A DNA stretch of 64,000 nucleotides, taken from a virus. The position numbers and the translations under genes are program-made. The notes under the pieces are model-generated. The model searched no databases and was not told where the DNA came from. It saw only the letters and a program-made list of their open reading frames with translations. Location of the stretch: positions 1 through 64,000 of the IMG/VR virus record IMGVR_UViG_3300043446_003193; one strand, given 5' to 3'. Below, one piece after another: positions 34,468-45,600 of this stretch (position 1 is its first letter; each line of letters begins with the position of its first letter).

Positions 34468-37127
34468 TATTGTATTTTTACTCCTAATGATTTTCCATCT
34501 TTATTAACTGCTTCCGAGTTACCCATGCTCACCAATCCCAATCCACCATTCAATTTTTGTGTAGTAGTGAATAGAACTTTATAAGTTGCTGATGTAATTT
34601 GTGAACCATCGGTATTTAAAGAACCCACATTAATAAAAGTTCCTTTGTTTGCGGAATAGTTAGTTGGTGAACCATTTACGATATATTCCGTTTTATTATA
34701 TTTTAACAAAGAGTTATCATAGTTTAATTGGAATTGAGTTCCTACTATGTTGTTATCTCCTGGGTTAAATACGATTTCTACATATACACTATCACCACTC
34801 AATTCAGTCATTATACTTGCATTCATTGGAATACTTACACTTGTGGATTTTATTCTTTCACCAAAGTTTGCTGACATATTTGTTATACCATTTGCCGGCG
34901 GTGTTGCTGAATGTGATAAGTTTACATCACCTTTCCAAGTTACTGCTAAATTGTATGAATAGTTTGTTTTTCCTTCTAATAAACTAAAACTATATTCCTT
35001 TCCTAAATAAGATGGGAATTGTTGCCAATTAGATTTTCCAATAGTTCCGTATGTAGAGTCCAACACAATTTTCATAGTGCTATCCAAAACATACTTATTT
35101 ACTAAATCTCTTGCACCAGTTAGATATTGTAACAATCTAAAGCAATCTCTTTCATCAAATACATTATTACCATCTACGTCTGCGTTTTTGAATTGAATAC
35201 CATATCCAAATTGTGTTCCACTTCCACCACCAAACAAACCACCTGCTTCTGAATATTCTTTGAATGCTAAATAAACATCCGATACAGTCACAATACTATT
35301 ATAAAGTGTTTTAAGTTGTGTAGAGTCATAGTCTTGGAATACAAATTTGTGTTGTTTGTATGTACCTTGTTGTGTAAGTGTAATTGTACTTTGGAAAGCG
35401 TAATCCGTATTCCAATTATTTACATTTCTAATGTATGAATTTGATGCTGAAGTTCCATCTGTTATTTTTGTTAGTGGTGATGGGACTGTGTATATTGCCC
35501 AACCATTTGCATCATGTGAAGTATATGTCATAGGGCCATCATATGCATCAAATATTTTTGTATGTGTGATTTTGGTAGGGTCAATACTACCAACTTGTCT
35601 CATATCAATTAATAATCTACTTTTACCACTACCCAACCAACTTGCGTTTGGATTTGTATAAGACCATTCAACTTGACCCGGTGTAATTGTTGCTTTATAT
35701 GCAGTTGGATTGGCAACAAATTGATAACTCAATCCCCACGCACCCCACACATCCGATGTTACTCCGTTTTGTGTTGTTGATGGATAATCGTTTTGCCCTT
35801 CAACTATTTTAATGTAAACTTCTTTTGTTTGTCCGGCAGTTACTATTCCTGCATGCACCGCTGCTTTTGGAATATATGAGTCGTTAGTGTATATGTTTGT
35901 TCCCCAAATTGCACCACCACCAGTGTTACCTGTTATGGTCATTTTATATATCTTACCAATATCACTTTCACTATATTGAGTCATATCATTTGCTGCTGCT
36001 ATTGATATTGCAGATGAAAATACCTTTGCCGTATCTAATTGAGTTGATAGAGTTACCCTTCCCACTCCATTTAATGCCACATTTGAATTTGCAGTCCAAG
36101 CTGATGTTGCATCATTTCTTTTATGTAATGCTGCTGAAAATTTAGTTTCATCAATATTACCACCAAAGTTAATTGTAAATTGTGATTTTAAATTATTGTT
36201 TACACCATTATAATGCACCACACTATTATTATAAAAATCAGTAAAAGTTTGGTCATCAGGATTACTCCAAGTTCCAAACTCAATTACATATCCACCCAAT
36301 CCACCAGGGAACGCCGTTGCTTCGGGTCCAAAATCATTCCATTGTGAACCATTCCATTTTGTTACAACATAATCCTCACCAGGTCCCCAGTTGTTTGGTT
36401 CACCACTTGCCCAGTTATTATATTGCCCTGTTTGATTTGTTGAATTTATTCTTACGACAGTTCCATTTTCAGGTCCTGCATCAATTACAAATCTACCTTC
36501 GGTTACATTATCCGTAAGTGCGAATATAATATTATTCCCAGGTACATTGTTTACAACAAAGTTATCTTCATCCGATGATGTGATTGTCATTAAATAACCC
36601 GTTTGTCCTTTGAATGATTGTTGAGTACAATAGGTTTTAAGATTATTATATGCAGTTACAGAAGTTCCACTAAATGCGGTTACCCCGGTAAACCCACTCA
36701 TAGGTCTATAAAAGTGTCCGTTTGTTGGTAAGTAATAATATCCCGTTGGGTTGACAGTTGCTGATACTGAAATACTAATATCACCCGCTGTTCCCGTTGT
36801 GTTTATTTTCATTGATGCTAATACATTGTTAATATTAGCCATTGTTCCGGTGAATGAAATACGAGTTTTATTACCACTCATTGTGTAACCGGTTGATGCA
36901 GTTACGCCGGATGTTGTTGAGAAATAAAATGTAGTTCCGCTTGGTGCTGTGGGTAAACCAATTGCACAAAGTAAAGTTGCAGTAGAGTTGAACCCACTCA
37001 ATGTAAATCCACTTGCATCTTGTCCTGATGTATTGACAGTAAATTCTTTAGGGTCTGGTGCATTTACCTGCTGACCAAACCCTAAAAATGATATAAATAA
37101 GAATAGTGTAACTAATAATTTTTTCAT
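34467..37127 (-). CDS. very large secreted beta-rich protein (886 aa); adhesin, lectin or receptor-binding candidate
   Basis: Signal peptide ending FGQ; Thr/Ser/Gly/Asn-rich beta composition. Confidence 0.55.
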   Translation of the reverse strand: MKKLLVTLFLFISFLGFGQQVNAPDPKEFTVNTSGQDASGFTLSGFNSTATLLCAIGLPTAPSGTTFYFSTTSGVTASTGYTMSGNKTRISFTGTMANINNVLASMKINTTGTAGDISISVSATVNPTGYYYLPTNGHFYRPMSGFTGVTAFSGTSVTAYNNLKTYCTQQSFKGQTGYLMTITSSDEDNFVVNNVPGNNIIFALTDNVTEGRFVIDAGPENGTVVRINSTNQTGQYNNWASGEPNNWGPGEDYVVTKWNGSQWNDFGPEATAFPGGLGGYVIEFGTWSNPDDQTFTDFYNNSVVHYNGVNNNLKSQFTINFGGNIDETKFSAALHKRNDATSAWTANSNVALNGVGRVTLSTQLDTAKVFSSAISIAAANDMTQYSESDIGKIYKMTITGNTGGGAIWGTNIYTNDSYIPKAAVHAGIVTAGQTKEVYIKIVEGQNDYPSTTQNGVTSDVWGAWGLSYQFVANPTAYKATITPGQVEWSYTNPNASWLGSGKSRLLIDMRQVGSIDPTKITHTKIFDAYDGPMTYTSHDANGWAIYTVPSPLTKITDGTSASNSYIRNVNNWNTDYAFQSTITLTQQGTYKQHKFVFQDYDSTQLKTLYNSIVTVSDVYLAFKEYSEAGGLFGGGSGTQFGYGIQFKNADVDGNNVFDERDCFRLLQYLTGARDLVNKYVLDSTMKIVLDSTYGTIGKSNWQQFPSYLGKEYSFSLLEGKTNYSYNLAVTWKGDVNLSHSATPPANGITNMSANFGERIKSTSVSIPMNASIMTELSGDSVYVEIVFNPGDNNIVGTQFQLNYDNSLLKYNKTEYIVNGSPTNYSANKGTFINVGSLNTDGSQITSATYKVLFTTTQKLNGGLGLVSMGNSEAVNKDGKSLGVKIQ

Positions 37128-37130
37128 TTA

Positions 37131-38780
37131 TTATTCTATGTTTAGATTTAGTTTGTTTCCGTTTCCGTCAACTGCATCTGCTAATACGAAATAGAATAAA
37201 CCTGCTGTATTTTGTAATGTCTCTTTTGGAGTAAATATCAATTTGTATGGAGTTCCAACTTTTATTCTTGCAGTTTTTAATTGGTCAATAGAACCAAATG
37301 TTAATCTACCATCTGCTTTTGTTGAGAAGTTAGTCATTGTTGAACCCGTATTGAATATTACATTATCTAAAGTTAATTTTGTGCTATCGTATTGCATTAT
37401 CACTTGTAAACCTGCTAAACCTTCTTTTGTTAAGTTAGTATAAATTACAACTTTACCACCTTCCAATTTAGAAGTTACACCCAATGATATACTTTCAATT
37501 GTTGGTGCTGAATAAGCCATAGAACTTACTGCCATTGAACGGATGCCATCTACTTTTAATCCGTTTGTTGCATTTGTATAAACACCTGCAGTTATTCTTG
37601 CTGCGATTGTATCAGGGAAAGATGAATGTGACCAGTCTAAATCACCACCCCATGCAAATACTGCTTCTGCTGTTTGTTGAGGTGCGGTTACATACACTCT
37701 ATTTGTAGGTGTTCCGTTTAACCAACTTTGATTTAATAAACCACTATGCCATCTCCACGAAGTTGAAGTTTGTGTTGGAATATATGCATTTGCGGAAACA
37801 TCTTGTCCCATTACATAAGCAAATAAGTTATATGCATCTGCTTCTGTAAAGTCCATATCGTTTTTAGTTACATTACCAATTCTTTTTTCTAATGCAGGTC
37901 TTTGAAAATATGTTGGAGTTCCTGCTAAATCAGTTTGAGTAATACCCAAAAATGCTTTATATGCATCAGAGACTGTTATTACATTATTCATCCAAGCTTT
38001 TGATGATGCGTTTGAAACAAATACACCAATACTATCACCGACTTTGATACCAGATGTGAATAGAGCTTCACCACTTGCATCTAATGCTTTTTGTGCTATT
38101 GGTTGTTTTGTCCAATCTATACCACCACTACCATCAGTTTTTAAATACATTAATTGAACATTGTGGTCAGTAATTGAATATCCTGATGGATATAATACTC
38201 TTACTTTAAAATAAGATGTGTTACCCGTTACACCAGTTATTGATAAAGGACCTGATGTTGTTTTGATGTATGGGATGTATGCACCACTTGCACTATCCGT
38301 TGCGTATGAAAGGTCTAATTTGTGGAAGTTTTCGTATGCGTTTTGGTCTTTGATAACATACTTTTGAGTTGCTAATACGCCATCTATACTTTTATCTGCT
38401 CTTTGAACTGCTAATTGTCCAACATTCCAATCCGCATTCGCTGCATATCCCCAAGGTGTAGAACCATATTGTGCATATAAAGAAGTATCTGCTATATTTG
38501 CGTTTGGAGTGAATTTATAGCTTGACCAACCTGTATAGTATGTTTGTGATGAACTACCTTGTGAGAATGTAGTTGAAAGATAAGTTAACGCCTTATTGTT
38601 ATATTGATATCTTAACCAAAAATAACGAGGTTTGGTTTCACCTTTATTGACAGTATATGTTATTGTTATTGTATCGCCAACCTTGTATGGTCCAGATGAT
38701 ACCGATTGATTAACAACAATTTGTCCAAATGATAATATAGTTACAAACAAAGCTGCAACTAACAAAGATAGTTTTTTCAT
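37131..38780 (-). CDS. large secreted beta-rich protein (549 aa)
   Basis: Signal peptide MKKLSLLVAALFVTILSFGQ. Confidence 0.55.
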   Translation of the reverse strand: MKKLSLLVAALFVTILSFGQIVVNQSVSSGPYKVGDTITITYTVNKGETKPRYFWLRYQYNNKALTYLSTTFSQGSSSQTYYTGWSSYKFTPNANIADTSLYAQYGSTPWGYAANADWNVGQLAVQRADKSIDGVLATQKYVIKDQNAYENFHKLDLSYATDSASGAYIPYIKTTSGPLSITGVTGNTSYFKVRVLYPSGYSITDHNVQLMYLKTDGSGGIDWTKQPIAQKALDASGEALFTSGIKVGDSIGVFVSNASSKAWMNNVITVSDAYKAFLGITQTDLAGTPTYFQRPALEKRIGNVTKNDMDFTEADAYNLFAYVMGQDVSANAYIPTQTSTSWRWHSGLLNQSWLNGTPTNRVYVTAPQQTAEAVFAWGGDLDWSHSSFPDTIAARITAGVYTNATNGLKVDGIRSMAVSSMAYSAPTIESISLGVTSKLEGGKVVIYTNLTKEGLAGLQVIMQYDSTKLTLDNVIFNTGSTMTNFSTKADGRLTFGSIDQLKTARIKVGTPYKLIFTPKETLQNTAGLFYFVLADAVDGNGNKLNLNIE

Positions 38781-38782
38781 AT

Positions 38783-39430
38783 TTACTCAAATAGTTTGGT
38801 GATAAGTTTAATAGAACCTTTCTTCAATGCATTACTCAATGAAGTTTGGTTAAACTTACCACCCTCATCTACTATGAGAGTTGACATTGAGATTTCTGCT
38901 GAACTTTCTTCTACAATAACCTCTTTGTCTTTTTTGCCATCTTTGTAAAGTGTTCCTCTAAGGCGAATGACTACCTCTTCTTCTCCTTTGTGAAATACGG
39001 AGATATTTGATTTTGTTGTTAAAACATCTAAATAGATAATTTCAACTTTTAATTTTTGTGTTGCTGATGGTGCTAAATCCAATCCTTTTTCTTGTAATGC
39101 TTCTTCCAAAACATTTTTAACACCAAATGCTAAATTTCTGTTTCCAGCTAATTTACCAACTTTAACTTTATTTTCTACACTTTCTACCCAAATGTGTTCT
39201 TCGGCATTGTACCAAATATTTTCTGGTGAGTTTTTGAATGTACCATCAAATTTCCAACTAAACCAATTTGCAATGTTTGTTTCTAATTCAGTTTTACCTG
39301 CAAAATGTATACCAACCATTGTAAGTTGAAATAATAATGCAAATACAATCCATATACCTACTAAAGTTAAAAACCCTCTAAATAGATAATCTCCTAAATT
39401 TTGTTTTAAATGTAATAACTTTGCTTTCAT
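38783..39430 (-). CDS. membrane-anchored protein (215 aa)
   Basis: N-terminal TM helix pair. Confidence 0.45.
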   Translation of the reverse strand: MKAKLLHLKQNLGDYLFRGFLTLVGIWIVFALLFQLTMVGIHFAGKTELETNIANWFSWKFDGTFKNSPENIWYNAEEHIWVESVENKVKVGKLAGNRNLAFGVKNVLEEALQEKGLDLAPSATQKLKVEIIYLDVLTTKSNISVFHKGEEEVVIRLRGTLYKDGKKDKEVIVEESSAEISMSTLIVDEGGKFNQTSLSNALKKGSIKLITKLFE

Positions 39431-39485
39431 AATATATCCGTTTTACTTTACGGATATAAATATAATAAAATGATTATAACCATCT

Positions 39486-39674
39486 TTAATCTAAGTTATC
39501 TTTTTCAAAACTACCTAAAAAGTGATGAATAGGTGTCCAAAGGCAATATATACCAACTGCTTCTAAAAAAGATAGTTTTGGTAATACTGTTATTAATTGA
39601 GTTAAATACGATATTGCCAATCCTATAACACAAGTTACAACTATTACATTTAATGTTATTTTAATTTTTTCCAT
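39486..39674 (-). CDS. small two-TM membrane protein; holin candidate
   Basis: 62 aa, two hydrophobic helices, directly downstream of the endolysin gene. Confidence 0.4.
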   Translation of the reverse strand: MEKIKITLNVIVVTCVIGLAISYLTQLITVLPKLSFLEAVGIYCLWTPIHHFLGSFEKDNLD

Positions 39675-39711
39675 AAAACTAATATACGAATTAATTTTGA
39701 AAATACAAAAT

Positions 39712-39745
39712 AAAAAAGGGAGTATTTAACTCCCTTTCTTTTTAT
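39712..39745 (-). terminator. terminator hairpin AAGGGAGT-ATTTA-ACTCCCTT flanked by A/T runs
   Basis: Paralogous to the hairpin at 28891..28922. Confidence 0.5.
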
Positions 39746-40578
39746 GCTAATAAAGAATAATATTCTTTAAAATGCTTAATTCTATCTGGCAATCCAATTG
39801 TACCACCATTTACTCTTTTAGTAATTGATGTTACAACTGCATCGGTTGCACCACCATCTGCCATTTTGTGTAAACCATTCTTATTAAAGAACCATGCTGC
39901 TGATAATAATGCATATTTTTCAGCTACTACTTGTGGATTTGCTGTTACATCTTCACCAATTGATTTACCAAATGCAGTGTAGTTATCTCTACCTGTTAAT
40001 TGGATAAAACCACGACCACAAAACTTTGCACCATCACCACTACTTTCAGGTCCATTACCCATTCTACCACCATATACTTTGTTTGCAATCTTTTCAGGTT
40101 GTCTAGCATATTGATTTGCCAATGCTTCTGTTGGGAAATACTTTTTGAATATACCCATCAAACCTTTTGCTGAATAATTTAAGTTTTCTTTTGTAAGTCT
40201 AAATCCACCACTTTCATGTCCACATTGTGCTAAAAAGTGTGCTAATCTCAATGCAGAGTCAATTTGAAACTTTTGTGCTACTGCAGGAATCATTGCGATT
40301 ACTGAATCTGGAATATGTCCTTTTAATTTATCTAATTTTAAACCAGTTGAATTAGCTACTGCTACTGCTTGTTGTTTTACTTCTGGATGTTCTTCTTCAC
40401 CCATAATCATTGCCCAAGTCTTGTCACCTACAATGCCATCTGCGGTTAAACCATGAGCTGCTTGCCATAATTTTACTGCTTCTTCGGTTTTCGGTCCAAA
40501 GTTACCAACTGGCTCTAAGTGTAATTTCTTTTGTAATAATTTTACGTTTTCGTTATTATCGCCTTTTCTTAACAACAT
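39742..40578 (-). CDS. endolysin: N-terminal peptidoglycan-binding domain plus GH19 chitinase/lysozyme-like catalytic domain
   Basis: PG_binding_1-like LLQKKLHLEPVGNFGPKTEEAVKLWQAAHGLTADGIVGDKTW; GH19-like AHFLAQCGHESGGF. Confidence 0.75.
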   Translation of the reverse strand: MLLRKGDNNENVKLLQKKLHLEPVGNFGPKTEEAVKLWQAAHGLTADGIVGDKTWAMIMGEEEHPEVKQQAVAVANSTGLKLDKLKGHIPDSVIAMIPAVAQKFQIDSALRLAHFLAQCGHESGGFRLTKENLNYSAKGLMGIFKKYFPTEALANQYARQPEKIANKVYGGRMGNGPESSGDGAKFCGRGFIQLTGRDNYTAFGKSIGEDVTANPQVVAEKYALLSAAWFFNKNGLHKMADGGATDAVVTSITKRVNGGTIGLPDRIKHFKEYYSLLA

Positions 40579-40610
40579 AATTTATAGTTTTATTTTCTAT
40601 AAATATAAAA

Positions 40611-41729
40611 CTATTTAGTAATCGGTTGAGGACCACCCGATGCTCCTGTATCTGCTTTTTTAGCTTTAATACCCATTGCTTCAGCGAATGCGTTTGAACG
40701 TTTTACTAATGGAACAATTGGTTCATCAATTACTCTAACATTCATTGGGATTTGATTATTTGGATTTGCTGCATTATGTGCCACGATTGCGGCCCATCTA
40801 TGATGTCCATCCAACACATATCCATCATTTGAAACATATATAGGTGCAGTGATTTTTTCATATGCCGGATGATTTGGGTCATCTAATACTTTGCTCATTC
40901 CTGCAACTTTAACACCAACAAGTTCACTTTGTGTTGCTTTTAAACGATCCGCGGGAACTGCTGTTGGTTCTGAAACTTTGATACCTTGCTTATTCAGCAT
41001 TTCTTTAAAAAATTCTTCGGTATCTGCTTCACCATTTTCATCCTTTGGAAGTTTGTCTGCAGGTGATCCTGGTTCAGGTGTTCCTTTAAATTGTGGCATA
41101 TCTTCTCTTGGAATGCCTTTGTTTCCATCACAATATAAGTTGGTACCTGGAACAGTTACTTGACATAGATTAAAGTTAGGTGCTTTTTCACCTTTCTCTT
41201 TTGCTTGCTTACCTAATTCGGCAAGTTTATCTATAATTGTGGAAATCTGCTGTCTTTCAATTGGTTCAACAGCTGATAAAGGTTTTCTGTCAAAATTTGC
41301 ATTTGGCATCAAATCCTTTAATTTAGGAATATCTGATTTTGTATTTGTTGACTTTTCTGCTGATGATTTAAAATCAGTACCACCTAATTTTTGTCCTTTT
41401 TGTGGTTGTTCTTGTCCTCCTTGCGGTTGTGGTTGTGGTTTTGATGGTTGTTCACCTTTTGGAATCTGACCTCCGTTTGCTGCTTTAGTTTTTTCAATTT
41501 CAGCAGGGGTTGGTTTATCATGTTTAGAAGGGTCAAATTGTTTTACAACATAGACATTACCTGTCTTTTTGTTTTTAACAATATCTTCTTCTTTTAAAAG
41601 GTCTTTTAACTTTATCATATTATCTACCTTGTCCGCGGTATTTTTTTGGTCTTGGAGTATGTTTGTTATAACTCTTTGTACCAGAACCTGGGCCAGTTTT
41701 TCTCTTACCAAATGATACTTTGGCAGCAC
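40611..41729 (-). CDS. ParB-like nuclease domain protein with Gly/Gln/Pro-rich low-complexity N-region
   Basis: C-terminal VLDGHHRWAAI ParB/Srx DGHHR motif. Confidence 0.6.
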   Translation of the reverse strand: MLPKYHLVREKLAQVLVQRVITNILQDQKNTADKVDNMIKLKDLLKEEDIVKNKKTGNVYVVKQFDPSKHDKPTPAEIEKTKAANGGQIPKGEQPSKPQPQPQGGQEQPQKGQKLGGTDFKSSAEKSTNTKSDIPKLKDLMPNANFDRKPLSAVEPIERQQISTIIDKLAELGKQAKEKGEKAPNFNLCQVTVPGTNLYCDGNKGIPREDMPQFKGTPEPGSPADKLPKDENGEADTEEFFKEMLNKQGIKVSEPTAVPADRLKATQSELVGVKVAGMSKVLDDPNHPAYEKITAPIYVSNDGYVLDGHHRWAAIVAHNAANPNNQIPMNVRVIDEPIVPLVKRSNAFAEAMGIKAKKADTGASGGPQPITK

Positions 41730-41785
41730 TAGCTGATTTTCCTTTTGCCATTATTTTGGTTATTTTCCGATTTACTTTACTTTAC

Positions 41786-42055
41786 TTACTTTTTTGTTGC
41801 TTTAGTTGTTGCTTTTTTAGTTGCTGGTTTTTTTACTTTCTCAGCTACTTTTACAACATCTGCTACAACAGCTTTAGTTTTTTCAACTTTAGCCTTTGCT
41901 TTTTTAACTACAACTTTCACTTCTTCTACTTTCTCTTCAATAGCATCAGGAATGTTGTTGTTGTTTGCATCTTGGATTTTACCTTTTTTCATTAAAAGGA
42001 AAGTTACTCCACTAGCTACAGCCAATAAAATAACTACAATTGCGAATGTGCTCAT
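41786..42055 (-). CDS. histone H1-like Lys/Ala-rich DNA-binding protein with N-terminal TM helix
   Basis: KKAKAKVEKTKAVVADVVKVAEKVKKPATKKATTKATKK. Confidence 0.5.
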   Translation of the reverse strand: MSTFAIVVILLAVASGVTFLLMKKGKIQDANNNNIPDAIEEKVEEVKVVVKKAKAKVEKTKAVVADVVKVAEKVKKPATKKATTKATKK

Positions 42056-42108
42056 GTTTTTTGTTTTTGTTTAGAATTAAATATAAATATAAAAAATTTT
42101 TAGTTAAA

Positions 42109-42357
42109 TTAATCTTCTCCGTATAAAGAAAATCTTTTCACAGGCACTTCTACTTCTTCTTCTCTTATAATTTCAACTGTTCCTTTCCTAGCTTCAATAT
42201 AAAAATTAGTATCACCATTGTATTGATACCAAGCTTCTAAAGCATCCGTAAGAGATGGATAAATATTTTTTTGACTACCTTCTGCAAATACCCATCTATC
42301 TCCTGGCGGAACTCTTTTAAGGACAAGTTCTTTTTGTTCTTTTATTTCCTTTTCCAT
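42109..42357 (-). CDS. hypothetical small protein (82 aa)
   Basis: ORF track. Confidence 0.45.
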   Translation of the reverse strand: MEKEIKEQKELVLKRVPPGDRWVFAEGSQKNIYPSLTDALEAWYQYNGDTNFYIEARKGTVEIIREEEVEVPVKRFSLYGED

Positions 42358-42359
42358 AA

Positions 42360-42566
42360 TTAAAATACTTCAATAATATTTGTTTCTGATACTTTAATTA
42401 CTTCGTATTCTAACTTAACAGCTTCAGCGGTAAATTTGTTTACCAACTTTGTTTCTGCTTCCGTAACTGATAAAGCATCTACTAAATAATTCTCTTTTTG
42501 TTTTTTGATTTTACCTTTTGCATCTTCTACTTCAATTGCAACGGTTACTGAATAAAACTTTGCCAT
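42360..42566 (-). CDS. hypothetical small protein (68 aa)
   Basis: ORF track; promoter motif at 42595..42625 upstream. Confidence 0.45.
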   Translation of the reverse strand: MAKFYSVTVAIEVEDAKGKIKKQKENYLVDALSVTEAETKLVNKFTAEAVKLEYEVIKVSETNIIEVF

Positions 42567-42594
42567 AATTTTTGTTTTTTGTTTGTTAATACTC

Positions 42595-42625
42595 TAATAT
42601 ACGAAAAATATTTTAATCTACCAAA
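42595..42625 (-). promoter_or_regulatory. promoter motif
   Basis: rc reads TTTGGTAGATTAAAATATTTTTCGTATATT. Confidence 0.5.
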
Positions 42626-42626
42626 T

Positions 42627-42660
42627 AAAAAAATCCCCCACTTTTAAGGTGAGGGATTAA
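42627..42660 (-). terminator. terminator-like hairpin after TonB-dependent receptor gene
   Basis: AATCCCCCAC...GTGAGGGATT adjacent to an A-run. Confidence 0.4.
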
Positions 42661-42685
42661 ATTAGAGCTTATTTGACTGCGTATA

Positions 42686-45600
42686 TTATTTACCGAAAAT
42701 GTATCTGATACCAAATTGTGCTGTCCACACATCAAATACTGATGAGTTTTTGCTATAAGTATCTTTCAACAATACAGTTGAGCCATCTAACAATCTTTGT
42801 GTTGCAAATTTGTAAACTGGCTCGTTATTAACTACTGATGAATAAGTTAAAATTGCCGGATTTGTAAATCTTTGAGATACACCCCAATCTTCATTAACCA
42901 TATTACCAAAGTTAAGAATATCAAAACGTAATTGAATTGTGTTTCTATCGCCCTTAACATTTACATAGAAATCTTGAACTACTGAAAGGTCAAATCTATG
43001 TAACCAAGGTAAGAATGAACCATTACGTTCTGCGTACTGTCCTTTACGAGTTGATAGGTAATCATCTTGATTAATGTAATTCCAAAATGCTGCTTGTTGT
43101 TCAGCTTCGGTGTAAGTTTTTGTACCTACAACCAATGGTGCGAATTTAACTTCTGTCATTGATTTTGGAACATATATTAATTCATTATTATTAACTCTAT
43201 CTCCGTTCAAATCACCTGCAACAAAGTAAGATGTACTACCACTTCTTTGTCCAACATATCCTATTGTTACTGAAGTTGCTGCACCGTATCCTTTCTTACC
43301 ATATTCAATTCTATATCCCAATAAACCTACTGCTCTATCAGGAACTACGAAATCTGAATTTGAAAGAATTGGGTTGTTGTTACCATTGATACTTCTAATT
43401 GATTGCCATGTTCCACTTGCGATAGAACCTGCACTCATAAAGTCTTCAGCGTTTGATTTAGTGTAAGCAATACTACCGAAGAAACCTTTTGAATATGGTT
43501 TTTCTAATTTAACTGAAAGTGCATTGTAGAATGACTCATCGTTATTAGTTAAAACCGCACCCATAGATACATTATCGTTTACTCTTACACCAGCATCAGT
43601 TCTTGCATACAATGCTCTTTGGTCTGCTCCACTAAATTTACCAATTGGTGCATCCAAGTTTGCGTTGTAGTAATGAACTGCATTAAGTGTTTTGTTGTAT
43701 AAATACTCTACACTACCTACTAAACCTAATGGTAATTTTTGGTCTACTGCTAAATTAGTTTTCCAAACTTGTGGAAACTTATAGTTAGGGTCAGTAAATG
43801 CTAAATCAAATGTTGAAGGAAGGGTTGGAGTAGAAGGGATGAAATATTTTTCAGGGTTAGCAGTAAAACCATATTGAGATGCTGCTGCACCACTTACATC
43901 AATAAATCCTGTCAATACACCATTGTTACCAACTTGGTTAGATACGAATACATACGGAGGTCTACCGGTGAATACACCTGTACCACCTCTAACTTGTGTT
44001 TTCTTATCGTTCTTAACATCCCAGTTGAAACCAAATCTTGGTTCCCACAATAATTGTGTTTTAGGTAAAGTTGCTGTATTGAATTTCTCACCACCTGCAA
44101 ATGTCATAGCAGTTACTGCTTTATTTTCCAATGCTGTGTTTTCAAATCCAATAATAGCAGTTCTTAAACCAAATGTTAATTTTAAGTTTTGAAGTGCTTG
44201 GTATTCATCTTGTCCGTATAAATCCAATCTTTGAGTTTTCAACACTTGCATTGGGTCAACTGCCCCAGGTAATGCTGAATATCTGTATTGAAATCTATAT
44301 GGTGCCGTTGTAGATGGTTTACCACCATTTGCCAAACTCTCATTTGCTGCTTTATAGAAGTCAGCCAAAGAGTTGAAAATATAAACACCATTTGATGCAG
44401 GATAGAATAAGTTGTTAGATTGGTATTTCTCATAATTGAAACCTAATGTGAAAGTGTGCTTATCTGCATACTTTGTTAAGTTATCGGTAATGTGGAAAGT
44501 ATTGTAATCTAATTTATTTCCTGGAGTGAATGGGTCAAAACCTGTTGAAATATAGTTTACTCTTGCAGAAGTTCCATCAGCAATATCAATTGTTGGGAAC
44601 ACACCTGTCATATATGCTCTATCTTCAATTTGTTTATCATAACCAACGATTAAGTTGTTATGTAATGTGTTTGAAAATTTAGAGTTTAATTCAACAACTG
44701 CTGAACGAGTATTATCCATAATGATATAACCACTATTCTTATAACTCATAGAATTAAAGATAGTAGTTCTATTACCTGCACCTGCTGATTGAGAGTTAGA
44801 AATGTTAATCTCTGCATCAGAATTGTGGTGAACATAACGAGCAGTTAATTTATGCTTATCGTTGATGTTCCAGTCTACTCTTACTAAGAATTTCTTACTT
44901 GCATTTGTATTAGAATATCCTTCCCATGGGCCAGTTACATAATTGAATTTATCTTTCATAAAATCAGAAAGAGTTTTCAAATCATCATACTTAACTCTTG
45001 TTGGTTGAGCACCACCCAACGGAGAACCTGCAGATGTCCAAGTTGTACCTGGCTCTGTTTTCTCTAATTGTTCGTAGTTACCAAAAATGAATAATTTGTT
45101 TTTGATAATTGGTGCACCTAAACGGAAACCAGTAACTTTCTCATCAAATTTAGATGCGGTTACAGGAACTCCTGCTGCTGAATTACCAACATAACGAGAA
45201 CTATTATCTCTTTGTGTTTGATAATAAGAACCTTCAACTTTGTTTGTACCTGAACGTGTAACTGCATTGATACCTGCGCCAGTAAACCCACTCTGACGAA
45301 TATCAAATGGAGCAACATTCACTTGTAATTGTTCAATCGCATCTAATGATATTGCAGATGAACCTGTTCTACCACCAGCTTGTGCCGAACTACCCAATCC
45401 AAAATTGTTATTGAATTGAGAACCATCAATTGTGAAGTTATTCAAACGAGAGTCTTGTGCTCCGAATGAAGAACCATCACCCAATGGATTGTACTTTGTA
45501 ATTCCGTTGATTGTTCTTGCTCCTGTAATAGGAATAGAAGTCAATTCTCTTCTACTAAATACTTGTGCAGCACCAGTTCTATCCTTAGAGAATAGATTGT

